This document shows positions 1-21,439 of a DNA stretch of 61,686 nucleotides, piece by piece. The stretch is from Cyanophora paradoxa CCMP329. Lineage: Eukaryota > Plantae > Glaucophyta. Location of the stretch: the NCBI GenBank assembly GCA_004431415.1, contig QPMI01000312.1, positions 1 through 61,686 on the forward strand, written 5' to 3'. Under the pieces are notes generated by a model. That model ran no database searches and had not been told where the DNA came from. It saw nothing but the letters and a program-made list of their open reading frames with translations. Positions within the stretch are counted from its first letter, which is position 1. Each line of letters begins with the position of its first letter. The position numbers and the translations under genes were made by a program.

Positions 1-2320
1 GTCCCGCGCGGAGAGGGCGGCCGGGGGACGCGCGCACGCAGTCCTGCCATAAGAGAGAGGAGGAGCCGCAGCGTCGCCTCGCCTGCCGGGGCGGTCATCG
101 CCGCGGACGCGATGAGGGGGAGGAGCGCGAGGGGGTACGCACCGTCGTGGTCCTCGGGGACGAACTTGAGGAGGCGGGTGCGGAGCCTCCGGCCTGCGCG
201 CGCGGGGGGGGCGGGCGTTCGGATCGGGCGCAGCGGCGAGCGATCTCTCGGCGGCGCTGTGGTCGAGGAGTAGCGCCCCAGCTCCTTGAGCTTCGAGACG
301 TGGCCCCGGGGTACCGCACCTGCCCGCGCCTCAGGGTACACGGCCGCGGGGGCCGCGGGCGCCGGGCGCGCCTCGCGGAGGACGCTCTCGAAGTAGCTGA
401 CGACGAACCGCTCCGTCTCCGCCCAGTTGCGGGGAGACCTGCCGCCCGGCGAGGCTCGGCGCGGGCGGGGCGGGGCGGGGCGGGGCGGGGCGGGGCGGGG
501 GGGACCGGGGGTGGCCGGCGAGGCGGGCGCGGATCTCGCGGAAGAGCCAGGGGTCGCAGGCCGCCCCGCGCCCCGCCATCACCCGTCGCACCCGTCCCCT
601 CCCGCATCCGCAGCGCGTCCTGCGCCCCGCCCGCCCCGCCCGCCCCGTCTCAGGGCCTCGGCGCCCGACGTCAGCGGAGGCTGCGCACCGCGCGCCTCCA
701 CGCTGCTGACGTCGCCGTTCCTGCGCGGCTCGTCGGGAGGGGCGCGGGGAGGGCTCGGGGCGACGCGCACCGACGACGGGTATGGAGAGGCGGCCTTGGC
801 CCGGGCTGCGGGACGCGTCGGGCTCTCTTTCCTCGAGGCGCGGGACGGCGCGGCCGCGAGCGCACCGATGAGGCTCCATCGGCCTCGCCCCTGTACCCCT
901 GGTCCCTCGTCCTCTGCGGGAGCGGGCCGGCCGGCCGGCGTCAGCAGCGGCGAGGCGGGCAGGAGGGGCGGTGAAAGGGCCGGACGGGTGCAGGGTGACG
1001 AAGGCGGCGCCGCTCGCTGCGCGGGCGGGGGCGCGGGGTTCGAACGAGCGAGCGGGCGGGCCCGCGGAGGCGTGAGGCGGGCCCCGGGGCGGACCCTGGA
1101 CGCGCGTCGAGGATTTCATCGAAGAAGTACGTGTCTGCCGGCGGCGGCGCGGCGCGCGGGCGTGCGGCGTCGGCGCTCGCCGCCGGAGCGCGCGGCGGGT
1201 TGGGGAGGAGGGCGCGCGGACCGTCGTAGCCTGCGGGGGAGGGGCCGGGCGAGAGCGTCGGGCGGGGCGCGCGCGCGGCGGGCGGCGGGTAGCCTGTGGG
1301 GCGCACGGAGCGCATCTTGACGGAGACGGGGACCTCCCCCGCGCCGCGTCCACCATCGCCTGGGGGCGACGGCCGCTCGGCCTGGGGCGCGGGGCGGGCG
1401 GGGCGGGCGGGGATCGGGCCGGGGAACCTTTGCGACGGCGAAGACGTCGTCGGGTCGCGGAGGAGCTCGAGCCGGCCCCGCGGCCCGTCGCCCGGCTGCT
1501 GGGGCACCCGCAGTTCAGGCTGCGCGCGCGCGCGCCCCGCGCCCCCGCGTCAGCTCTCCTCAGCGTCGAGCCAGCGGGCGGCGGGCGGAACTCTACGCGC
1601 GGCGCTCCGCGCTTGATCACGCCGTCGGTCATCTCCGCCATCAGCTCCTCTGCTCCGGCGCGCGCGCGCGGTCAGCAGGCGGAGCGCAGCGGGGGTGCCT
1701 CGCGCGCGCCGACGCTGCCCATGAGCTGACGGCCTGCGCGGGCGAGATCAGAGGCGGCGTGCGGGCGGCGGGGGGAAGAAAGCGCGCCTCCGGATCGGGT
1801 GCGTCTGGTGCGGCTCGTACAGCTGCACGGCCGCGCGCGGGGCGCGTGAGCGCCAGCACGGAGCGAGCGGCGGCCGGTGCGCGCGGGCGGACCTTGACGA
1901 GGCACGGACGACGGCGTTCTTTGGGACGCGGTGGAACTCGGTGCACGCCTCGTCGAAGCCGCCCAGCGCGCCATTGCCCGTCGGAACGACACGTCCCCCA
2001 GGCCCTCCATCTGCAGGCGCTTAGCGCAGCGGCAAGCGGGCTTCGATCCGCACGCGCGGCTGAGCTCACGGGCGCGAGGAAGAGCGCGAAGGGGGAGCCT
2101 CGGCGGCGGCGCGCTCGAACACAGTTGGCTGCTGCGTCGCCGGCCCGCTGCTCGAGCTGGTGGGTGGTGCAGAGCTTTCGCACCGTAGCGAGTCGTGTCT
2201 CGAGCTGCTTGGCGAGCGGCCAGCCGTGCGCGCGCGATCCACCCTAACTCTGCTGCTCAGTGGCTGCCAGGCAGCGATCCGCGCAGCTGGATCGCCGCAA
2301 AGGGCGCCAGTACGCCATCT
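1..2320 (-). CDS. Hypothetical multi-exon protein, low complexity, runs off the window start; 5' end uncertain
   Basis: Minus-strand introns of the local type (e.g. GTGCGTACCCCC... from 141 down to a CAG near 84). Joined exon text includes LKFVPEDHDGEATLRLLPLSYGR, ERFVVSYFESVLRE and DTYFFDEI. No family recognised. Confidence 0.4.
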
Positions 2321-2583
2321 TGCGCCGCTGAGCACTCCAGCACGCGCTAGCTGGTGTGAACCGGCGGGCTGCTGCAAGATAGTTTGACCGCTGCTGCGCG
2401 GGACTGCGGTGCGCTGTGCACACAGTGTGGTCCGGTCAGCTGTAGCTACAGCTAGGAGCGCCTGGTCGAATTTAACAGCCGGTCGGCAGCCAGAGCCTAA
2501 GCACTGTACCCCTAAAGCCGAATAAGAAATTCGAAGCAGGCGGCCCGCCTGGCGCTGCCTCGCAACTCCAACGCACGCATTAA

Positions 2584-12660
<10,077 letters not shown>

Positions 12661-13418
12661 GCGCGAGCTCGACCGTCCGCCGACGGCAGCCTCCGCCGGC
12701 CCTCCGAGGCTCCGGAGTCCGGACGCGCTCCCGAGTCCGGAGCCTTCGAATTCGCCGCCCTCCGCGGCCGGGGCCCGGGGCAAGCCGAGTCTTCGCAAGT
12801 CCCGGAAAGTTGGGAATTTCCCCCAGGAATGGTACCACCGACCTAACCCTAGGCTACTAGCAAGCTACTAGTAGTACTTCCTGTACAACGACCCATGCTG
12901 CACCAATGAATACAAAAATCGCCTATTCGACGACGAACGCCCGCGAGTCACGGCGAGTTTCGGTTGCTGCGGTCCTGCGGAGAGCGATCGATTGTTTTCG
13001 GTGGCCCCGTGCTTATGATTGGTCAATAGAGCTCTTGCGAGGGTTCGAATCCGGCCGGCGACTCGACATTATGGCCCAATTTGTGGGCCGGGCCGGGGTA
13101 CGTGCGCGGGCGCCCTGTTTGCGCATCGCAGAGCGGTCACTTGGCCGTAAGCTCAGTTGGTCTGCGGCGACAAGAAGCTTGAGCTCGAGGCCTCAGCGGC
13201 AGCGTGGCATGCGCATGCGCAGGTGATCATGATGCCAGCCATTGCCAGGCATGCGCAGGCGGTGAAGCGACCGCGGTATACGTAACGGCGCCGCAGCTTG
13301 CACCCCATCAAAGCTTGCAGCGGGTTCCCAGCAGCGGCCTTAAGCTTGACCCGTAACCCTCAGTGGCACGGCGTTAACGTGCTAACATTTTGGGGCGCGA
13401 ATCTGCGATGCGAGAGTG

Positions 13419-16400
13419 ATGGGGGATCCCAGCGCCAGCCCGCGCTCGACTTCCCTTCCGGCTGCGTCCGTTGGGGACTCGCCCCCGACGGATGCGCTCA
13501 CCCCGACGGATGCGCTCAACAGCGCGCGCTTCGCGGCGATGGGGATGGGCCCCGGGACGCCCGGAAGCGACGGCAGCGGCGGGAGGCCCGATTCGCCCGT
13601 GCGACTGACGCCGGCGCCGGAGCTCACAGAGGTCTGCAGCTGCGGGCGCTTGCCGGCCGCCTCCTCCCTCCGCGCCGACGCCGGCCGCAGGTCGAGAAAG
13701 GAGGCGCGCGCTTCGAGATCCTACACGGCGGGCCCATGCGCATGCGCAGCAAAGAGGTCCGGGCCCGATCGACCCCGCGCCCTCCGCGCGCTCCGCGGCC
13801 GAGGCGTGGGGGCGGCTGCTGCAGCGGAGGACGTGGCAGCGGCCGCCGCGGCTGGAGGCGCCGGGCCCCGAGGAGGAGGCGGAGCGGGGGGCGGCGGGGG
13901 CGGAGTGCGTGCTGCTCTCGGGGCGCCGCTACCTCGTGGGCCTCCGCGACGCCGACTTCGCCGCCTGGGAGGGCGCCCTCGTCCGCCTCCGCCTCGTCTT
14001 CGCCGGTCCGCCCCGCCCCGCCCCGCCCCGCCCCGCCCCCGCCGGCGAAGCGGCCGACGCCGACGCTCGCGCTGGCAGACGACGGCGAGCAGGTGCTCCC
14101 CGAGCCGCTGATCGCCTTCCCGCGGGGCGCGCGGGACGGCGAGCGGCGCATGGAGCTCGAGCTCCGCATGAACGGCAAGGGCTACACCGAGCAGCGCTTC
14201 GGCATCGCCGCCTCCAGCTTCCTCCACCGCCGCCGCGCCTTCCGGCCCGCCCCCGCCTCCCCGCCTCGCGCCCCGCGCGCCCCCCGCTAGCGCTGACGCC
14301 GCCCCCCGCAGGCTCCTGATTGAGGACACGGAAGGGACGCTGCTGGACTCGCTCGTGGTCTGGGGCGCCGCGCCGCCCAAGCGCGCGCCCTCGGCCGGGG
14401 CGGGGCACGACGTGCCCGTGGCGGCCGGGGACGCGCCGAAGCGGCTGCGGGTGCTCGGGGGCGGGGCGGGGCGCCGGCCCTCCATCGCCGGCTCCCAGAC
14501 CGCCTCGGGCACCTCCGGCGCCTCCTCCGACTCCGACGGCGACGAGGGGTACGCCCTCCCCGACGAGGAGGGGGGGCGCACCTTCCGCGAGGCCAAGGGC
14601 CCCTGGGGCGGCCCCGGCGGCGGCGACGACGACGATCTCGCCCTCCAGTTCCAGCGCGTCATGCACCTCTACCCCGGCGCCGACCGCGGCCCCGAGGACG
14701 ACCCCGGGGCGCCCCCCGGGGTGGACCCCCAGCCCCTCCCCCCCAGCACCATGAGCGCCGTGATGAGGTGCCGCCTTTTCCTCGGCCCCCGTCGCCCCCG
14801 CGCACGCCGAGGCCCCCCCGCAGTATCTTGAAGGCGGAGGGCGCGGTCCTTCCTTCGCCCCTCGCCCCCTTCCCCGCCTCCTTCGCTCTGCCCCCCAGGC
14901 CCTTCTCCTCCCCCCTCTCCCTCAGCGGCATGGTGCGGCCTCCCCCCTCTCCCCCCTCTGCCCCCTCCTCCCCCGACCGCGCGCAGGCGCCGCCGTACCG
15001 GCACGCGAGCGCGGCCTCGCGGGACGGCGCCGTGGCGATGGTGCACGCCTCCCACGCCGCCGTCGGCGCCGTCGCAGCCAGGTCCCCCCGCCCGCCCCGC
15101 CCGCCGCCCTCCCGCCGCCCGCCCACGCGGCCGGGCCGCAGCCTGGGCGTCAAGCACCCCGTGCCGGGGAACCGGCACCCGCCGCCCCGCCTCGTCACCG
15201 CCTGCCGCGACCTCGCCGCCGTGCGTCCGGATCCGCTCCGCCGCGCGCCCCCGCGGCGGCACCCGATGCGCGCCCCAGGCCCTCTCGAACGCCGAGGTCT
15301 TCGACTCGCCCCTCTTCCGCTCCCGGGACGGCCGCTTCCGCGCCCGCGCCGCCCTCGAGGACCTCCGCTTCTCCGGCTCCTCGGAGCTGGCGCGCCCCTA
15401 CCCCCCTCCCTCCCTCCCCCCCGCCTTTGTTCGCGAGCGGGGCGCGCAGCTGGAGTCGGTGGCGGGGGCGTGGCGCAAGCTGCTGCTGGCCGCGGGGACG
15501 CACGCCGGCGCCCTCGTCGGCTTCCCGGACCCGTGCGCCCGCCCTCAGCCCGGCCCGGGGCCCCGGGGCGGGGCGCTCCCGAGCGCTCGGAGGGGCTCAC
15601 GGGAAGCGACGGCGCACCGCGGCCGTGGGACGCCGGGCGGGCGCTCACGCGCTCACGCGGGGGGCGGGGGCGCAGGGACGACGCGGCGCTGGCGGCGGAG
15701 CACGCGTGGAACGCCATTGCCGTCCTCTGCGGCGAGGTCCGCGGGGCCCCGCAGGCCAGACGCCGCCCCGGCCCCGGCCCCCGCTCACCCGCCGCCCCCG
15801 GCCCGCAGGCCCGCATCGTCTCGGCGGACCTCCTCCCCGTGCCCCGCGACTACATCTTCTCCCTCGTCGAGCACGCGCGTCCCCCGGGGCCGGCCCCGCC
15901 CCCGCCCCCGCCCCCGCCTCTGAAGGCGCCGCGGCGCGCAGGCGGAGCGGCTGGCGACGCCGCACTTCGCGGGGCGGGCGGCCCTCCGCTGCGAGGCGAT
16001 GCGCCGCCGCGCCTGGGCCCTCGAGCAGGCCCGCCCCGCCCCCGGCCCCGACCTCCGCCCCCCGCCGACTCGGGGGCGGGGCCAGTGGCGGGAGAGCGAC
16101 GCGGCGCTGGAGCTGCTCTTCGGGGCGTGGAGCGAGCTGATCCGCGCGGGGGAGACGCCCTCCAGGCAGGAGGCCGCCCTCCTCTGCGAGCTCGCAGACC
16201 TCCTCCGTCCGCCCGCCCCCGCCCGCCCCCGCGCCCGCCCCGCCGCATCCAGCGCGGGGCGCGCCTCACCCTCCCGCGCAGTGCGGATGCCGCACCGGAG
16301 CCACCTCGGCTTCCACATCTGCACCCGGGTGCGCCGGCCGCCCCGGGGGCCGGGGCCCCATCCCGCGGGGCCTCTGACGGCGGCCGCCGCGCCCCTTGCC

Positions 16401-17929
16401 GCAGCTCTACTGGTTCTGCGAGGGGGAAGACGAGGACCGCTTCGGGGAGGCCTGCGCCGTTCGCACCCTCGGTCCGCCCGCCCCGCCCCGCCCCGCCCCG
16501 CCCCTTCTTCTTCTTCGGTCTCGAGCCGACTCGGGCGGCAGGCTGGGGCGCCTTCATGCGGGGACAGGTGCCTTCCGGCCGGCCCCCGGCGCCGGCCGCC
16601 CCGGCGCGCCGGCCCCGGCTGACCGCGTGCCGGGGCCGCGGGGCAGTGGCGGAGCTCGCGGCGGCACCTCGAGCGAGCTGTCAGCATCCTCACGCCCATG
16701 TCCCCGGGCTACCGGCGCGCCCCGCCCCGCCCCGCCCCGCCCTGCCCCGTCCGCGGCGCTGAGATAGGGGCGGGCGGGGCAGGGCGCCGCTGGAGCGGAT
16801 CTACCAGACGATGGGCGTCTGCAGCTTCCACACCGCCGACCTCGGCGGCCTCCGCCACGTCCGCCCCGCCCCGGCCCGCCCCGCTCCCCGCGCCGCTGAC
16901 GGCGGGGGCGGGGGCGGGGCAGTACGCGGGGCGCTCGCTGGCGCAGACGTGCGAGGCGTACGGCTTCGCGTACCCCGAGCTCGACTACACCTTCAACTGG
17001 CTCCCCTGGTGGGTGCGTGGCGTCGCGATCGACGGCCGGCCAGCCCCCTCCCCGCCCCCGCCCCGCGCCTCGCCTCCCGTCCCTCTGTGCCGGCGCCGAC
17101 GGCGCCCACCCCGCGCAGATGAGCATCATCGAGCACAAGGTGAAGCCGGGGACGATGAACCGGGAGCCCAAGCTGTGCGCCCGGTCACGCCGCGCCGGCC
17201 GCTGCCGCCGCGCGAGGCCGACGGGGGCGGGCAGGGAGGACGTGGCGTCGAACCTGCGGTGGAACGTGATGTTCATGGAGCGCTTCGTGATGCGGGGGCA
17301 CCCCTTCCGCGAGTCCGTCGTCGGCCACGCCCTCTTCCAGGCACGCCCCTCACGCTTTGATCCCCTCCCCACGTCTTCTTCTTATTCTTACGTCGCGCGG
17401 GGCGGCAGCTGGCGCGGGCGCAGATGCGGTGCGGGGAGTGGGCCAAGGCCCTCGGCAGCCTCGCCCGCTCCCGCTCCGTCCTCTACGACCGCTACCCCGT
17501 GCGCCCTGAGGGGGTACGCGATACCGAAGGGGGGCGGCGGCTGACGAAAGGGCGCAGGCGTACTTCCCGCCGGGGTCGGCCCGCATGGAGATCATCCGGC
17601 GCATGGAGGCCGAGTGCCGGGGCCGGGTGCAGGCGGGGGGGGCCTGGGGCGGGGCCCCCGGGGGCCTGAACCCGCGGGAGGAGCTGGCCCCGAACGCGAC
17701 GCCCGTGCAGATCTTCAGCGCGGGGCCGCCCCCGGAGGCCTTCAGCGGCGACGTCGTCGGCACGCTCAACTTCCCCCGCGCCGCCCCCCTGCCCGTCCCC
17801 GACGCCGACGTCTCCTTCGGCCTCGGGCCCGCCGGCGTCCCCCCCGGAGCCGCCCCCGCGGCCTTCCCCCGCCCGGGGGTGCAGATGCAGCCCGCCGACA
17901 CCTGGCTCCCCGCCGCGCACGTCCTGTAG
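13419..17929 (+). CDS. Multi-exon protein with an N-terminal CudA/plant-STATL-like putative DNA-binding domain and a helical C-terminal region
   Basis: Spliced segment VRLRLVFA|DDGEQVLPEPLIAF...NGKGYTEQRFGIAASSFLHRRRAFR|LLIE resembles from memory the LLYAD.G..V...PLL...F.I...SS....F.I pattern of CudA/STATL domains. Basic patches PPKRAP and APKRLR follow. Consistent intron pattern to the stop at 17929. Confidence 0.5.
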
Positions 17930-18926
17930 CACTTCTTTAAAGCGGCAGCTCGTATGTATACTATAGCTAGCTATATAGCTACAGAGCCCAGCCGCGGCCG
18001 CATACGTACGCAAGCTTAAGTTTATATGTAGCGTTTCGTATACGTAGACTAACACGTAGTTTTATGTTGGGGACATTAACGTTTGATTAGATGCGCATGC
18101 GCGATTAATATCCCCCGTGACTCCTTGAGTCGGGGATCGATATCATAGAATTCGAATATTTATGGCTTGCCAAAGTTGTTACATAATTTATAATATAATC
18201 CGAAACTTCTGCGTTATTCTCGACATGGGGGGGCCAGGCGCCGGCACCGGTATTCGTACCGGCGCCGTGCGCGATAGCGTCCCGAGTCCACTGATCTGCC
18301 ACTCCCCCCAGTCCTCGCCGAGTCGTCGCCCTCCAGCTCGAGCTCGAGCTCGTCGCCCTCCAGCTCAGCGGCTACAGCTCGTCCAGCCTGCCGCCCACGC
18401 GCCCCTCGACCTTAAGCTTCGGAGCGAGGAGCGAGGCCCGAGGTGAGCTCGGGATGCATGCGCAGAGCCCTGCAGCTGTGCCGGCGCCGCCGGGCCGCAG
18501 TGCACGCGCATGCGGGCCGCGGCGGGGCCCAGCCCGAGAATCCGCGGTGCCGCCGAAGCACAGGCGCGCCGGCGCCCCGCGCAGGCTGCGGAGGCCGCCC
18601 GCCGCGATCTCCGCTGGATCGGCGCCGGGCGCGTACCCGACTCCGACCTTGCTGCAGCTGACCGGTCGCCTAGGGCCTAGCGCCTGCTAGATTGGCGGCA
18701 GTCGCTAGAGCATTGCCGTCAATTGATCGAGAAAACTTGTACATCATCGAAGGGCCGCGGGCTCACAGCCTGAGTCGCAGGGCCGGGAGGCGATCAGGTG
18801 GTCGGGAAAAGGGAGATTGCGTTGGTGGAAAAGGGAGATTGCGTCGGTAAGGGCGGGCGCGACGCGTTGGAAGGCGTCTGGAGAGAGGTGGGGCGATGTG
18901 CTGAAGAACGTAGTAAAGATTCGGCT

Positions 18927-20015
18927 CTAGAACAGGAGGAGGCACAGGATGACGAAGGTGCCGAGCATTAGGAGGATGCGCGATATGAAGGCCTGCTGCT
19001 GCTCCTCCAGCGAGCCTGCCGCGCGTTGGGGCGGTCAGTAGAGCCCGAGCAGTCTTTTAACAGACCGCAGGCGGACAGCGCACCAGGTGGTGGCCTTTGC
19101 GGCTGGGCGCCCTGCGCGCGAAGGAAAAGAAAGTGTTAGGCCAAGGGAAGGAATGCAGGGACGGGGATGCGGCGGGGGCGGCGAGGCGCACGAAATTGAA
19201 GGCGAAAAGCGATGGAAACAATCCGAAGGGACCGAATCCGGCGCTGAAGGAGATGCCCCCGACCTGCACGCCGCCGAAGCCAGGGCCCATGAAGTACTGC
19301 GGTCCCCCAGAAGGGTAGGCCTGCCGTTCGCGGCGGCGCGTCGTGAGCGCCGGGGTCCGGCGCACTGGAGTGAGTATCGCGCACGTGAGACTGCGGGGGC
19401 GGGTTGGGGTTCTCTGTCCTTTGCCCTTGCGGCCGCTGCGGAACGGACTCTGGCGGCGGCGCGGACGGCGCCGACTTTCTGCAAGCGCGAGCGGCGAACT
19501 TAGCTTATCTATGCCGAAGGACGGGCGGAAAGCCGCACCTGGGGTCGCGGGACGGCGTCTTTCCTCGCCCGTATAGCGGAATGATCTTGTCCTTGTCTAT
19601 GAGAGCCTTGCAAACTGGGCAGCCGCGATCCTGACCCACACTCATCCACTGCGGTCCCGGAGCGCAGACGCGCGAGGGTCAGCAGCTTCGAACGCGCGCG
19701 GCGTGGCCGGCACAGGCGAACCTTGTACAGGCACGGCCAGCTGCATTGGAGCGCCGGCATTAGCGAAACGCAAATGCGGCAAGGAGCGAAACGTCAGCGC
19801 ACCAGAACAGGTGGCCGCACATCGTCGTCACTGGCTCGGATGCAAGTTCTAGACAGATGTTGCACTGCCTTGGGCGTGAGCGGCGCAGCGCGACAGATGC
19901 GGCGGCAACTGACCTCGAAGCAGGAAGTGCTCTCGTCATCGGAGCCCTTGTCCTTCTTACTCTTCGTATTTGAGGGTCCGGCTGCGCTGCTCCCGCCCAC
20001 TGCAGCGTCCGCCAT
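18927..20015 (-). CDS. RNF5: ER membrane RING-HC E3 ubiquitin ligase, RNF5/RNF185/RMA1 family
   Basis: Spliced FE|CNICLELASEPVTTMCGHLF|CWPCLYK|W...CPVCKALIDKDKIIPLYGRG, then SFSAGFGPFGLFP and a C-terminal TM segment AFISRILLMLGTFVILCLLLF*. Confidence 0.92.
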
Positions 20016-20166
20016 GATTAGGATTGCAGGTGTAACCCTATGAAGCGGCCAAGCACGCTGAAGTCTGCAAGCGCTCTAGGGTTGCTTTGCGCTGGTACCC
20101 CACGTCTGTCGTCGAGTCGACGTCGACTGTCGAGTACGTTGGCGGTTTTGCAGGCAATTGGCACCG
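20016..20166. promoter_or_regulatory. Putative bidirectional promoter between RNF5 and FKBP17 (151 bp between start codons)
   Basis: Divergent ATGs at 20015 (-) and 20167 (+); locally lower GC. Confidence 0.6.
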
Positions 20167-21312
20167 ATGAACGGGCCAGCATTCGTCGCGCCGGCGCCGC
20201 TGCCCGCCGCGCGCCCCACGCCGCACGCGGCGGTCGGACGTACGCCGGCTCCGGCGCGCAAGGTAGATCGGGCCCGAAATACGTACCTTGTTCATAGACG
20301 TTCCTCATTGCGCGCCTCAGTACATCACTGGATGCCCCGTGCGCGGAAGGGCCCCGATCGTCTTCTGCGCGGAGGAGCGCGCGGCAGAGTCGGGTGTGGC
20401 GCCAGCTACAGCGCCCATCAGCCGGCGATCGCTGGCGGCTGCGCTCGCTGCGCTGGCCGCGGCCCCCGTTGCAGCCAACGCAATCGAGTTCGACAAGGTG
20501 AGCGGCGATATCGATGCGCATGCCGGCGCGCGCGCGTCCGCTCCATTCCGGGAGCCGACAGCCGCCCCAGGACCTTCTGCCGCCGCCGAAGGTGGACCAG
20601 AATCTGCCCGACTTCATCACGCTTCCCTCCGGCCTCAAGGTCCAGGCGAGTTCTAGACGCCTAGCACGTGCCACGCGCGCCGGCCGCCTGCCGGAGTCCG
20701 AGGCTCTGATTGCGGCGCAGGAGCTCGGCGGCGGGGACGCCTCGGCGGCGACGCCGGCGCCCGGCAAGACGTTGGCGATCCACTATGTGATTCGGCGCTC
20801 CAACGGGTACTTTGTCGACGCGACCTACGGCTTCGAGTGCGCGGAGGCCTAGGCCCCGGCCCCTCGTTCCCGGCCCGGCGACTTCCCGCCCTCGAGCTCT
20901 GAAGCGCCCGCCCCTGCGGCCGCCTCCCCGGCGCAGCCGCACGCAGCGGTACAAGTTCGTGTACGGGCAGGGCGAGGTGATCCCGGGCCTCGAGGAGGTC
21001 CTCGCCGACATGCGCGTCGGCCAGAAGCGGGTGCGAGCCCGAGCCCGCCCCTCGCCTTCGTTCGCCCCGACGCACCGCCGCATGCGCAGAGGGCCATCAT
21101 CCCCCCGGAGAAGGGGTACAGGGACGCTGACGGCAAGTTCATCAAGGACATCGGCCCCGTGCCCCCCGACGTGCGCGCCCCGGCCCCGCCCCCGCCCCCG
21201 CCCCGGCGAGGCGGCGGCGAGCCGGCCGGGGCAGTGGGGCAACGCGCGGAGCCTGGCGAAGCACTCGCGGGAGAACCTCGTCTTCGAGGTCCGCCTCCTC
21301 GACGTCCTCTAG
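20167..21312 (+). CDS. FKBP17: Thylakoid-lumen FKBP-type peptidyl-prolyl isomerase (FKBP17-like) with bipartite transit peptide
   Basis: FITLPSGLKVQ, IHYVIRRSNGYFV, GQGEVIPGLEEVLADMRVGQKR|RAIIPPEKGY, LVFEVRLL. N-terminus MNGPAFV followed by twin-Arg signal SRRSLAAALAALAAAPVAANA. Confidence 0.88.
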
Positions 21313-21439
21313 CCGCCCCCGCCCCCGGCCGGCGCGGAGTGCTCGAACCAACGCAGGCCGCGGTGTATTTAGCTCGAGAGATGCCGCGGGCGGAGCGGGG
21401 GGCCGGGAGGGGCCCGGCGGGAGGAGGGCCCGGGGCCGG

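Noticed and set aside
12843-12852. CTAACCCTAG telomere-like word
   Set aside because: Fewer than two repeat units; a chance occurrence.
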